A stretch of DNA of 64,000 bases from the NCBI GenBank assembly GCA_963710375.1, contig CAVPZX010000008.1, forward strand, positions 1 through 64,000. Reading direction: 5' to 3'. This DNA comes from Nitrospirota bacterium. GTDB taxonomy: Bacteria > Nitrospirota > Thermodesulfovibrionia > Thermodesulfovibrionales > Dissulfurispiraceae. The stretch's first letter is position 1. Each line of letters begins with the position of its first letter. Both the position numbers and the translations under genes were made by a program. This document shows positions 47,230-57,181 of this stretch, in pieces. The notes beneath the pieces are model-generated. The model ran no database searches and was not told the DNA's origin. It saw nothing but the letters and a program-made list of their open reading frames with translations.

Positions 47230-47724
47230 TCAGAACCCATGCCGGCTTATGAAGGGCTGAACCTGATTGGGATCGTTAGTCGGAGAACTAAAACTGCGGT
47301 TTACATATGGCAGAGCCGTCCCCGTCGTCCCGCCTGCCGGTGTATACGCAAAGCCCGTGCCGCCCCGTCCCATCACACCGGCAACCTGCTGGGGATTTGC
47401 CCCTGAAGAGGTCGCGCTTCTGGCAATAACATCGGTAGTCATGCCGGAAGCAATAGCTCCTTTAATAGCGCTATCGAGAGTAATACCGACGGAAAAAGCA
47501 GCCTGGAATACCTCTGTGACGCTGTATCCGGCATCAATAGCGCTTTTAACCACCTCTATTGGGCTCCTGCCTTCCTGCAAAGCGGTTTTAATTGCCGCTG
47601 CAAGCTCAGCCTCATTGAGTAGTCCCCCATCCGCTGCTCTAAGGCCGGCTATCTGAGCAAAAACCTGACCCCCAAACATTAAGATTAAACCTAATATCAG
47701 AATGATCACCATCTTGCTTTTCAT
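47230..47724 (-). CDS. Secreted Ala/Gly-rich hypothetical protein
   Basis: Signal peptide ending VFA, helical repeats, first gene of the export block. Confidence 0.7.
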   Translation of the reverse strand: MKSKMVIILILGLILMFGGQVFAQIAGLRAADGGLLNEAELAAAIKTALQEGRSPIEVVKSAIDAGYSVTEVFQAAFSVGITLDSAIKGAIASGMTTDVIARSATSSGANPQQVAGVMGRGGTGFAYTPAGGTTGTALPYVNRSFSSPTNDPNQVQPFISRHGF

Positions 47725-47869
47725 AGGTCGCCCCCATTAATTATGCCTAATTTTTAAATAAACAGCTGCTTAAAGTCAAGTATTGCATTGCTTTTTGTCA
47801 TTGTTTTTATGCTGTCTGCACATTGATTTTGTCAAATCCCCGACTTGCGGCCCGACGACCGGGAAGCAG

Positions 47870-48624
47870 CTAACTTTTGCCTGCCTTTTTCTCTGAGCAC
47901 CCGCAAAATGAAGGAGGGGCTGGAAATAAAATTGCGTCGCCACAGGCGGCGGGGCTGGCGGAGCAGTCGCGGAAGCCATTCAAGACCGAATTCCTGGAAA
48001 AATGGATGAGATCTTTTGACATTACCGCTATAAAAATCGAAAACAAGCTCCTATCGCTCCGACAAACTTAACATTTAATTTATTTCTATTCTCGTAAATC
48101 CATTTCTCCTGCTTTGGTGCAGTCATCCCTACCCATAGGACATCAGGTTGAGCTTTATTGACCGCCTCAATCATCAATCGATTGTCTTCATCGCTAAATT
48201 GATGTTTGAAGGGAGGACAATACATTCCGCCAATTCTTATCTCAGGATATTCTACACTCATTTTTTCCCTGATCTTCCGGAGGGTTTCTTCAGTTGAACC
48301 TAAAAAAAACACGCTAAAGCCTTTTTTCTGATTGAGCATATGGTTAAGTCCCCCAAATATATCACTGCCTGTGACCCTGTTTTTTATTGACCCTCCAAGT
48401 ATCTTTGAGGCAATTACAATACCGACACCATCCGGCGTCACAAGATCGGCATTCCTGATTGCCTCATCCAAGATAGAATCATTTTTTGCAACCTGCAGGG
48501 TGTGTGGATTGGCGCAGACAAAATATTTTCTCTTTGCACCATCCTCCAACCAGCGAATGATTCTATAAATGCAATCTTCTTTTGATCTTGCCGATATTCT
48601 ATAACCAAGTATGAATTCAGCCAT
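47870..48624 (-). CDS. WecB/TagA/CpsF glycosyltransferase, apparent frameshift near 48045
   Basis: PDGVGIV, GMTAPKQEKW. Removing one T gives GAVFDFYSGNVKRSHPFFQEFGLEWLPRLLRQPRRLWRR up to TAG at 47870. Confidence 0.88.
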
Positions 48625-48626
48625 TG

Positions 48627-49829
48627 TTATCGTCCTCTATTACTGTTTTCAATTGCCTTTTGATAAATATGCATCAACATATCATAATTTTTTTCTGAAG
48701 TATACTTTGCCTCAAATTCTGTTCTGGCATTCCTACCCATTTGAATACAGGCATCCTCATTCTCAAGCATCCATTTTATTTTTGCCGCAAGGTCTTCAGG
48801 ATTTCCAGGCTCGAAGAGAAGCCCGGTTTTACCATCTTCAACAATGGCCGCCATTGCGCCGAGATCAGATGCAATCACCGGTTTCCCGCAGGAAAAAGAC
48901 TCTCTTATCACCATAGGGAAATTCTCATAGCATACTGCGGGCATTATTATGAACTTTGCCTTGACAAGTATTTGCATGCATTCACTAAAAGTCCTTTTCC
49001 CTAAAAACTCTATAGCAGCTATTCCCTCTGTTTGCACTCTATTTTCAAGGGGCTTTCTTAACGGCCCGTCACCTGCGATTTTCAGGGGTAAGGAGATATG
49101 TAGTTTAGAGCGCAATATAGTGAAAGCGTTTAATAGTATATCGGCACCCTTTTCACGGGACAGCCGCCCGAGAAATACTGCACAATCTCCGATTGAATAA
49201 TCCGGGTCCGGCGGATTATCAAGAAAATTAGGTTTTATAAAAATCTTTTCTTCAGGCAAACCGCATTCGATAAATTTCTTCTTGCCGAATTCGGTAAGAG
49301 CTACATATGCATCAATCCTCTGAGACCATGTCTCTTTGAATTTGTGAATAGCCTCTGCAAGAGCAACAGGAATTGAATAAATCCTTGAACCCCTATAGCA
49401 ACCATATTTAACACTCCTCCACGGGATTTTCCCAATACACTCTTCACAAATTTCTCCATTTCTCAATAAAAGGCCGTTAGAGCAATAAATTCTGAAGTTG
49501 TGAAGGGTCTGCACAACCGGTACTCCTGCATCCTCGCAAGCGTAATAACCAGAAGGTGAGATTTGGTACCATATATTGTGGAAATGTGCTATATCAGGCC
49601 TTTCTATCTTTAAAAGAGTTTTCAAGTCATTATAGCTGTTATTGGACCATATAGTATTCAAAGCTAATTTAAGTTTATTCGAATCATCCGCAATATCATC
49701 GTTATATTTTTCATAAGTTACAACCTCGACACCCCTCGCCCGTAAAAGCCCGGTTTCAGCTCTAAACACTGCATCCTCTCCGGATGGAGATGATGATTGA
49801 TAAAAGTTATGTAAACATAATACTTTCAA
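48627..49829 (-). CDS. Glycosyltransferase family 4
   Basis: SGEDAVF, HFHN, GRLSREKG, YENFPMVIRES. Confidence 0.9.
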   Translation of the reverse strand: MKVLCLHNFYQSSSPSGEDAVFRAETGLLRARGVEVVTYEKYNDDIADDSNKLKLALNTIWSNNSYNDLKTLLKIERPDIAHFHNIWYQISPSGYYACEDAGVPVVQTLHNFRIYCSNGLLLRNGEICEECIGKIPWRSVKYGCYRGSRIYSIPVALAEAIHKFKETWSQRIDAYVALTEFGKKKFIECGLPEEKIFIKPNFLDNPPDPDYSIGDCAVFLGRLSREKGADILLNAFTILRSKLHISLPLKIAGDGPLRKPLENRVQTEGIAAIEFLGKRTFSECMQILVKAKFIIMPAVCYENFPMVIRESFSCGKPVIASDLGAMAAIVEDGKTGLLFEPGNPEDLAAKIKWMLENEDACIQMGRNARTEFEAKYTSEKNYDMLMHIYQKAIENSNRGR

Positions 49830-49857
49830 AGGATTATCAAAAAAATATTTTTTTAGG

Positions 49858-52269
49858 CTAATTCACCCTGACATGGCCTTTCCAAAAGCTCGTAAGCACG
49901 CGGGTTATCAGCCCGACCGGAACCTGCCTGCGGGGAATGTTCAACGCCTTGATCGCACCGTCGGCAAATTTTTGGAGGGACCATTCCGATATGATGTCGA
50001 GAGACTTTTCTCCCATCTTCCGTCGCGCTTCCTCCCCGGTTTCCGACAAACGCAGCATGATATCCGAAAGGGCGGCAGCATCTCCGGGGTCAAAGGTCCA
50101 GCCGTTTACTCCCTCTTTCACCAGGCTCATCGACGAGCCGCATCCGCGGCTTACCACAACAGGCAGCCCCGATGCCATGCCTTCATTCACCACCAATCCC
50201 CAGGGGTCCGACAGGCTGGGGACGATCAACGCCTCAGCAAGACCATAGTAGGCACAGAGTCCATCCCCGGTCTGAGAACCGGCAAAAAGCACTCCTTCCC
50301 TACCAGAATCCTCCTGTCTGATCCTTCCACGATAGGGGCCGTCGCCCACGAGTACCAGACCCCATGGAGTTACGGCAGTTTGAGAGCGATAGCTACGGTA
50401 CGCTTCCAACAACGTATCTATCCCTTTTCTAGCGAGGAATCTGCCCACAAAAAGAAAATATGATGCCGGCAAATGCAACGAGTTACGTATTTCCTCGGCT
50501 CTGCCCCTCGCTCTCCCGGCCCTCTGGCGGTAGTAATCGTTGTCTACCACATCCACGCCATAGACTACTCTCTCATCTGGGAAGCCCAGTGCCCCGTAAT
50601 AGTTATGGTGAGATACAGCCGGAATGAATACCCCTTCTATGTTTTTATGTATCTCCCTTTTCATTCTCTTTGTCGTAACGCTTCTCCTGTCAGTACGTTC
50701 CCAGGCGTCGTCCATCATAATCACCCTCTTACGGTATTTCGTCCTGTACGCTATCGCGGCCATGCCTTCCGGGAACGGTGTGGCAGGACAAAACACAATA
50801 TCGGGGTTGAATTCTTCCAGGGTCCTGAAGACCTCTGCATGTATCTGCCGGGCGCTCTGGTCATGATACGAAGAGTTCCGGAAGCAGCAGACCCAGTCAA
50901 ATCCTTCATAACCTGCCTTGTCATCCGAGACAATATCATAGGCCACATCATGAGATGCCACTTCTATGGCAGTCAGCCGGCAGCCTTTCTCCTCCAGCCG
51001 CTTTTTCAGGCAGGACAACCGCGCCTTGTGATATGGAAGAAAACGCTGCCATATAACGGCAACATGTCTTGTCACGGGAACGTTGCCGCCGGCGACGCGT
51101 CCCGAACCCAATACCGCAACTCTCTTTTGCGGCGCGCTCAGTGCGGCCTCAATACCGTCGCAGAAACGATCCGACATCTTCTCAAGAGAATAGAGTCGAG
51201 CGCTTTCACGGCAATTATCGCTCATCCTGCTTCTTGAAGCCCCGTCCAACATGATACCGGCGACCGTATCGACAAAGCATGATACATCGTCCTTCGTCAT
51301 GATCCCATTACGGCCGTATCGCATATACGCAATTTCGGGAGAATGCAGTTTGCAGTCGGTAGTGATCATGGGTACACCAAGAGCAAAACTGTCGAGTATA
51401 GAAAGTCCCACGAGACCGGGATTCAGCAATACCTTTCCAAGGGCCAGGAAGAGCACCTTTTCACGACCTCGCTTATGACCCACCCACTTGACCCATGGGC
51501 GCTCGCTGGAAAAGCGCACGACCTCTGCTCGCAGAGGGCCGTCCCCGATGATGATCAACTCGAAATCAGGGATCTTCCGCTTCAGAGCGTCAACCGCCTG
51601 AAAAAGAAAGTCCAACCTTTTATCTCTCGAAAAACTTCCTACAAATGCCGCGGTATTCGCACCGCTTATGCGGAGCTCGTTCCGCACCTGTGAGAGTTCT
51701 TCATCAGATATTTCTTTGCGCCATTTCAACAGGTTCGTCGTATCGACTGCGTTATTCAGGCAGGTGATTCTTTCTTCCGGGAACCCGTATGAAACCACCT
51801 TGCGAACTGAAATATCCGTGTAAGCAAACCACCAATCAACCTTTGTCGAGGTATAGGCTTTCAACTTCCTCCCGATGATGTTCTCTTTTATTCTTTGAAA
51901 GTTTGATCCGTGCCCCCAAAAAGCGAGTCTGTCGTGGTATAGTTCCTGGGAAAAGAGGATGTAATAGTTGATAAGAAGAGAGTTTTCCTGTGGCAGGATG
52001 AGCAGGTCCTGGTCCTTTAAAAGTTCTTTGGGCAGGCTCTCCCAGAAGAGCCTTGTGCGACCGACTTTAAGGCACCTGCATGGGACTTCAATACCCCACG
52101 CCAGGAAACCCGTGTCGTTCCTTTCCGCGTCCTCTTTCGTAGGATGGCTGTATACTACCTTCAGTTCAATCCCCTTTTCTGCGAGGCGCTCGCGCATGCC
52201 ATCGAAGAGAGGGACGCGGTACTCGGTCATGCGTCGCTGGATTATGAGGACTTTTTTATTCATATGCAT
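49858..52269 (-). CDS. Tandem double GT4 glycosyltransferase
   Basis: Two GT-B modules (PGLVGLSILDSF and DPWGLVVNEGMASG). Confidence 0.85.
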   Translation of the reverse strand: MHMNKKVLIIQRRMTEYRVPLFDGMRERLAEKGIELKVVYSHPTKEDAERNDTGFLAWGIEVPCRCLKVGRTRLFWESLPKELLKDQDLLILPQENSLLINYYILFSQELYHDRLAFWGHGSNFQRIKENIIGRKLKAYTSTKVDWWFAYTDISVRKVVSYGFPEERITCLNNAVDTTNLLKWRKEISDEELSQVRNELRISGANTAAFVGSFSRDKRLDFLFQAVDALKRKIPDFELIIIGDGPLRAEVVRFSSERPWVKWVGHKRGREKVLFLALGKVLLNPGLVGLSILDSFALGVPMITTDCKLHSPEIAYMRYGRNGIMTKDDVSCFVDTVAGIMLDGASRSRMSDNCRESARLYSLEKMSDRFCDGIEAALSAPQKRVAVLGSGRVAGGNVPVTRHVAVIWQRFLPYHKARLSCLKKRLEEKGCRLTAIEVASHDVAYDIVSDDKAGYEGFDWVCCFRNSSYHDQSARQIHAEVFRTLEEFNPDIVFCPATPFPEGMAAIAYRTKYRKRVIMMDDAWERTDRRSVTTKRMKREIHKNIEGVFIPAVSHHNYYGALGFPDERVVYGVDVVDNDYYRQRAGRARGRAEEIRNSLHLPASYFLFVGRFLARKGIDTLLEAYRSYRSQTAVTPWGLVLVGDGPYRGRIRQEDSGREGVLFAGSQTGDGLCAYYGLAEALIVPSLSDPWGLVVNEGMASGLPVVVSRGCGSSMSLVKEGVNGWTFDPGDAAALSDIMLRLSETGEEARRKMGEKSLDIISEWSLQKFADGAIKALNIPRRQVPVGLITRVLTSFWKGHVRVN

Positions 52270-53048
52270 TGAGGCTTTTCCAATTCAAGCGCATTTGTCC
52301 TCACAAATAACCAACTGGCGATGCTTTGATATCCATGACACCTGAAACCTCTGCTTTTGAACCACAAAATAACATCAAACGGGTCAAGGCTGTTGCAGGC
52401 ATCACTATCCGAGTGATAATAAACCTCATAATTTGCCCTGAGTTTTTTATAGCGCAGGGGAGCCGGCTTTGAAGATGAGAGAACGTAAAGAATGAGTCCG
52501 ATAAGCCTTCTGAACAACACAATCGGCCATCTCACCAGGATAAAATCTCTAAATGGGATACTAAACTTAATAAATCTGCCTTTGAGGTCCAATTCTGAAT
52601 AACTGCGTACCATATATCCCATGGGAAACCATGTCCTTGTATGCCAGGCAGGAGCAAAAAGGCATGTGCCGCCAGGTTTAAGAATCCTAACGATTTCTTC
52701 CAGTCCCTTTTCAATATCAGGCATATGCTCGTGCGTCGCATAGGTGAATATCACATCGAAGTATTCATCCGGGAAGGGCAATTTAGCGCCGGAAACGGCA
52801 ACATACGGTTTATGATAATAAACTCGAAGACTCTCAGCTATGTCAACACCGGTATAATCGGCAACAATGTCTTGGAAGAGTCCTTTCCCACTTCCTATTT
52901 CCAGACATTTTCTATCTGTGAGATCCCACTTCTTAATAAAAGCTACAAGCGTATCATAAAAAGGATGATTGCAGGTATCATTCTCAGGAGTATAAAGTTG
53001 CGCCCGATCAATGGTCTCGTAAAACTCCCGATTACTCTTGGATCCCAT
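52260..53048 (-). CDS. Class I SAM-dependent methyltransferase
   Basis: LEIGSGKG, LPFPDEYFD, RILKPGG. Confidence 0.88.
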   Translation of the reverse strand: MGSKSNREFYETIDRAQLYTPENDTCNHPFYDTLVAFIKKWDLTDRKCLEIGSGKGLFQDIVADYTGVDIAESLRVYYHKPYVAVSGAKLPFPDEYFDVIFTYATHEHMPDIEKGLEEIVRILKPGGTCLFAPAWHTRTWFPMGYMVRSYSELDLKGRFIKFSIPFRDFILVRWPIVLFRRLIGLILYVLSSSKPAPLRYKKLRANYEVYYHSDSDACNSLDPFDVILWFKSRGFRCHGYQSIASWLFVRTNALELEKPQCI

Positions 53049-54018
53049 AAATATATTTCCTGTAGAGTTTCCTCAGAAAACCATACAAATATTTGTTTCC
53101 GTTGCCCGGGAGATACGCGACAACTGCAAGGGCCATTAATCTCACATTACATCCCGATATCTTTCGTGAAGTATTAAGTTCCAGTCTGGCTTTATTCTTT
53201 TCTCCTGCACGGATAAAAATATTTGCTCTCATTCTATGCCAGAGTCCTCTATAAAGCAAGAAGCTGTCATATTGGTCAGGTTGGATTTCGGTGGTAAGCT
53301 TTTTCAGTCCTATTCCTACAATATCAGGTTGTTGAGGAAGTCTCCCAGGTCGGTCGGAAAGTCTCTCCGGAGCCCAGAAAAATGCCGATGGTTTAGTTGC
53401 GTATGCGATCTTATGTCTCACAGCAAGCCTTGCCCAGGTCAGCAAATCTTCCCCTGCGGTAACTCCCACAGGAAAACCGCCAACTGAGTCTATCGCCCTC
53501 TTCGTTACAGCAACGGCAGAGGACCAGAGCGGAGGATCGGACCGTGCAGCGACTCCAAAGTAATCAGCCAGAATTCCCTCCCTGAAACTTTCCGGCAACC
53601 CTCTTAACACATTGTTTCTATGCGAGCCGTTCTCTCTGCAAAAGAAATACCCTGTGGCAAAAACATCACAGGATAAATATTTTTCTCTTAATCGCAGAAT
53701 GGTTTCAAGAAAATCAGGGGCCCATTCATCATCAGCATCCAGAAAAGCAATGAGGTCAGCCCTTGACTCCTGGGTCCCACGGTTTCGTGCTGCAGAAACA
53801 CCGGCATTCAGCTGATGAAGCAGTATTATTCGTCCATCGTCCAGGCGCTGAACTATTTCAGCCCCCCCGTCAGTAGACCCATCATTGACAACTATCATTT
53901 CCCAGTCGCTCAATGTTTGCGCCTGCGCCGAACGGAGAGCCCTGCCGACCTCTTTCCCCTTATTATAAAGAGGCATGACAACAGATACGACCGGGCTTGT
54001 TATTCGATCTGTTTCCAT
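53032..54018 (-). CDS. Glycosyltransferase family 2
   Basis: VMPLYN, VNDGSTD, FLDADD, GED. Confidence 0.92.
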   Translation of the reverse strand: METDRITSPVVSVVMPLYNKGKEVGRALRSAQAQTLSDWEMIVVNDGSTDGGAEIVQRLDDGRIILLHQLNAGVSAARNRGTQESRADLIAFLDADDEWAPDFLETILRLREKYLSCDVFATGYFFCRENGSHRNNVLRGLPESFREGILADYFGVAARSDPPLWSSAVAVTKRAIDSVGGFPVGVTAGEDLLTWARLAVRHKIAYATKPSAFFWAPERLSDRPGRLPQQPDIVGIGLKKLTTEIQPDQYDSFLLYRGLWHRMRANIFIRAGEKNKARLELNTSRKISGCNVRLMALAVVAYLPGNGNKYLYGFLRKLYRKYIYGIQE

Positions 54019-54052
54019 TTACTTACAGAGTTTCCACAATGTTATAAAGATA

Positions 54053-55039
54053 TCATGTCCTTGCGTCCAACGCACCGCTAAATAACTTCTGTATCCATTT
54101 AGAAGCATTTGCAAGCGCCACAGCCAATACCAGAACAACAAGCCCAAAAACAATAATGTCAACCGGGAAGAAAAGAGATCGAATTAAGTTATTGGTGTAA
54201 ACCGCGTACTGCAGCAGATATATCTCCAGTGTCACACTTCCGATAAGGGTGATAGCAAAATGAATTGGCTTTGACAGACCTATCCTCTCCATTACAAAAT
54301 GAGAGCGTGAAAGAGCCAGGACTAAAAAAACAATAGGAAAAGTAATGATGTGAATTAATGCCTGAACTTCCCCAAAGCCTGATTTTACGGCCATGATAAT
54401 AAGAAAATAACAAGCCAATAAGAAAATCAGATATGCGAAATGAATAATTTTGCCGGCCTTGATCTCTTTATCCTTACTTGCAAGATACCCTCCAAAAAAC
54501 ATTACCTGCAAATAAAAGATCCACTTGAAATAACCCGGACCTTCTATGGAGTATCTTGAAAAGTCGATAAAAGAAAAATAATAATAAAAATAAGGGACGT
54601 AAAGAAACAAAATCCCCAAAATGTAAAATGCCGGCCGCCCGATTTTCATGATCATAAAAAAAACAAGATAGAAAAGCATAATCGCGGAAACAAACCATGC
54701 CGGCGTTGGCCATATAAAGTTTGATACATAATCAGCTAAAGCCCATTTTTGCCATCCCCTGTCCAGCCACATGTTGTATATCGCAACTGTTATGATAAGG
54801 GACGGATAAATTCTTGCAAAGCGCCTTCTATACCACTCTATAAAAGGACGCTGTTGTCTGGTCTCGCTCTTTACAAGTCCATATCCCGAGATCATGAAAA
54901 AGAGAGAGTTCCCGATAGCCCCTCCAGTCGCAAGCTGTGGAAAAGGATAAAGACCGTGAAGATGTGAGTTAGTGATCAATACAATTGCCAAAAACTTAAT
55001 AAAAGATGTATCGAACCTATCCTGCATTATTACCAACAT
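54053..55039 (-). CDS. Acyltransferase-3 family membrane protein
   Basis: LFFMISGYGL, RRFARIYP, WFV, EIYLLQ, many TMs. Confidence 0.85.
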   Translation of the reverse strand: MLVIMQDRFDTSFIKFLAIVLITNSHLHGLYPFPQLATGGAIGNSLFFMISGYGLVKSETRQQRPFIEWYRRRFARIYPSLIITVAIYNMWLDRGWQKWALADYVSNFIWPTPAWFVSAIMLFYLVFFMIMKIGRPAFYILGILFLYVPYFYYYFSFIDFSRYSIEGPGYFKWIFYLQVMFFGGYLASKDKEIKAGKIIHFAYLIFLLACYFLIIMAVKSGFGEVQALIHIITFPIVFLVLALSRSHFVMERIGLSKPIHFAITLIGSVTLEIYLLQYAVYTNNLIRSLFFPVDIIVFGLVVLVLAVALANASKWIQKLFSGALDART

Positions 55040-55060
55040 AGCCCTCGGTAATCATATACG

Positions 55061-56284
55061 CTACCATTTGATTTTTATTTTTTTTGTTTTGACAATTGGA
55101 TCAGTACTTAAGGAGGCATACGCAATGCCAAGAAGAGTAAACTGCAGATTTCCATAAAAAGAGGCATATACCATAATGTTATCTGTAAACATTATTAAGG
55201 CAAAAGGTATAAAAGTAGCCGCACCACTTAAGAACAACATGCGGCTTGCTCCCTGTGTTTTTTGCCCTTTAATAAAGGCATGCAGAGCTGCGAATAGTAA
55301 ACTCGCCGCATATATAACCGTTCCGGCTATTCCATAGTCATATAATGTAAGCAACCAGTCGTTGTGCGGATACCCGGAGTCACCCATCGTAATTTGTCTG
55401 ATATAGTCTTCGCCTCCTCCTGTCCCATGGCCAAACCATGGTTTTTCTTTTATCCCATAGTTCATATACTCCCACATATTGTAACGTCCGCTATCGCCAA
55501 AGTCCTCGGTAAAAATATCAGATATATCCCCTTTACCCGAATAAAACATCTTACCCTGCACACGCGGTGTATAAAATATGGCCACTCCCAAAACACAAAT
55601 TAATGCTATCAGAAGAGCTCTTGTCCGCAGTTTCATCGGCGCAAGAGTTGTCGGCAGAGTGAGGCCTGTGACAGCCATTGCAGTTCTTGTAAGGGCGATT
55701 ACCGGCAGTACCGCTATCATACTCCACCATAAAATGTCTTTTTTCTGATTGATTGCGTATCCGGCGGCAAAGATCGTACAAAGGAGTGCTCCTGTCATAA
55801 CTTCAGAAGCTAAACCGGTAGCCAAAGGCAACGTGCCGGTAAATGCAAGGCCGCTTTTTAAAAAGGTGATTATGACCAGTGCAACAGCAAGGTATTTACA
55901 GAGTTGCAGAAACGCCCCGATTTGCCGTTCTCCAAATTCATATGTCGATACAATAATGCCGATTATAATTGGGCAGATAAGCTGCATAGTCCTCTGCAAG
56001 GAAGCATGGTCCGAAAATAACATGTAAATGAGCGCCACTATAACCCATGGCGTCCAAAGAAAGACCGGAAATTTAATTTTATGCATTCTCAACGGGAATA
56101 GCACCAATGAATATACAAGAGGGATAAACCATCCGTAGCCGGACATATTGTACGTCAAAAACTTTTGACCGCCAATACAGGTTATAATTGTGAACACAAA
56201 CACAAGCCAAACAATGAGTGGCAAGCCGGCACTTGCACCATTACCTTCTTTATTCTTTTCTGTGGCAGACGATTCTTTATTCAT
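55061..56284 (-). CDS. O-antigen polymerase/ligase-like membrane protein (probable Wzy)
   Basis: LTRTA, SGR, PWFGHGTG, PHNDWL. Confidence 0.8.
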   Translation of the reverse strand: MNKESSATEKNKEGNGASAGLPLIVWLVFVFTIITCIGGQKFLTYNMSGYGWFIPLVYSLVLFPLRMHKIKFPVFLWTPWVIVALIYMLFSDHASLQRTMQLICPIIIGIIVSTYEFGERQIGAFLQLCKYLAVALVIITFLKSGLAFTGTLPLATGLASEVMTGALLCTIFAAGYAINQKKDILWWSMIAVLPVIALTRTAMAVTGLTLPTTLAPMKLRTRALLIALICVLGVAIFYTPRVQGKMFYSGKGDISDIFTEDFGDSGRYNMWEYMNYGIKEKPWFGHGTGGGEDYIRQITMGDSGYPHNDWLLTLYDYGIAGTVIYAASLLFAALHAFIKGQKTQGASRMLFLSGAATFIPFALIMFTDNIMVYASFYGNLQFTLLGIAYASLSTDPIVKTKKIKIKW

Positions 56285-56346
56285 GATAAAACCGATATGC
56301 GGCGGTCATGGTATTTTCAATTCCGGGAATATCAGGATCCATACTT

Positions 56347-57171
56347 TTAATCATGTCCTATGTCATTGGCGACAAAGACTGTCGGTCCTATGTATGATTT
56401 ATCTGTGATAACTTTATGCTCCTGAAAATACATATCAAAACACCGGTAATTATGTTCAGCTAAAAATCTCTCAAAATCCTCATTGCCGTGGTAGATATCA
56501 TTCCAGGCGTACGGATGAAATTCACAAAATATTCTGTCAACCTTAGCTATCTCCCAGGGGAACCCGCGAAGCACCTGCAGCTCAACTCCCTCTGCATCAA
56601 TCATTAGCAGATCAACATGCGAGATCTCGTTTTTTTCAAAAATATCTTTAAGAGTCATTACTTTCACCTTGCAGCCGGATTCTTGATTATTTGATATATG
56701 GCTCTCACTACCCTGTAAAAGAAGGACGCAAGTTCCAGCCTTGTCAGATACTGCCGTATGCTCGCATATTACCGTGTCTTGAAGCTCATTTAAACGGATA
56801 TTTTTCTCTAGTATCATGAATGAATGAGGATTCGGTTCTACTGCAATGACCTTTCCTCCCATCTTTTGAGCTATCTTTCCGAGCACGCATGCATATGCTC
56901 CATGATAGGCGCCTACATCAACGATAAGAGGTTGTTTATTTATTGTTTGCATGAAATTAATAATTGCATGAAATTGAACAAAATCTCCATATCGAACAAT
57001 CTCTGAATTCCATTTCCCCCGGGGGAGCCTTAGCCTGCGATAGCTGGGGAAAGCAGTCTCGGCTGAAAAGAATAAAGTTTCTCCAAAAGCAGTAATTTTT
57101 CTTTTCCCCTGAGCGCGCCATAAGAGTTTTATAAGGTTGATACCTATCCGATAAATAAATTTTTTCAACAT
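56347..57171 (-). CDS. FkbM family methyltransferase
   Basis: DVGAYHG, VEPNP, MIDAEGVELQVLRG, EFHP. Start adjusted to 57171. Confidence 0.88.
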   Translation of the reverse strand: MLKKFIYRIGINLIKLLWRAQGKRKITAFGETLFFSAETAFPSYRRLRLPRGKWNSEIVRYGDFVQFHAIINFMQTINKQPLIVDVGAYHGAYACVLGKIAQKMGGKVIAVEPNPHSFMILEKNIRLNELQDTVICEHTAVSDKAGTCVLLLQGSESHISNNQESGCKVKVMTLKDIFEKNEISHVDLLMIDAEGVELQVLRGFPWEIAKVDRIFCEFHPYAWNDIYHGNEDFERFLAEHNYRCFDMYFQEHKVITDKSYIGPTVFVANDIGHD

Positions 57172-57181
57172 TGATGTTTGT

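Noticed and set aside
47820..48030. Apparent intergenic element with TGTCAAA/TTTGACA inverted ends
   Set aside because: Most of it is the frameshifted C-terminus of the WecB/TagA glycosyltransferase (GLEWLPRL..PRRLWRR).
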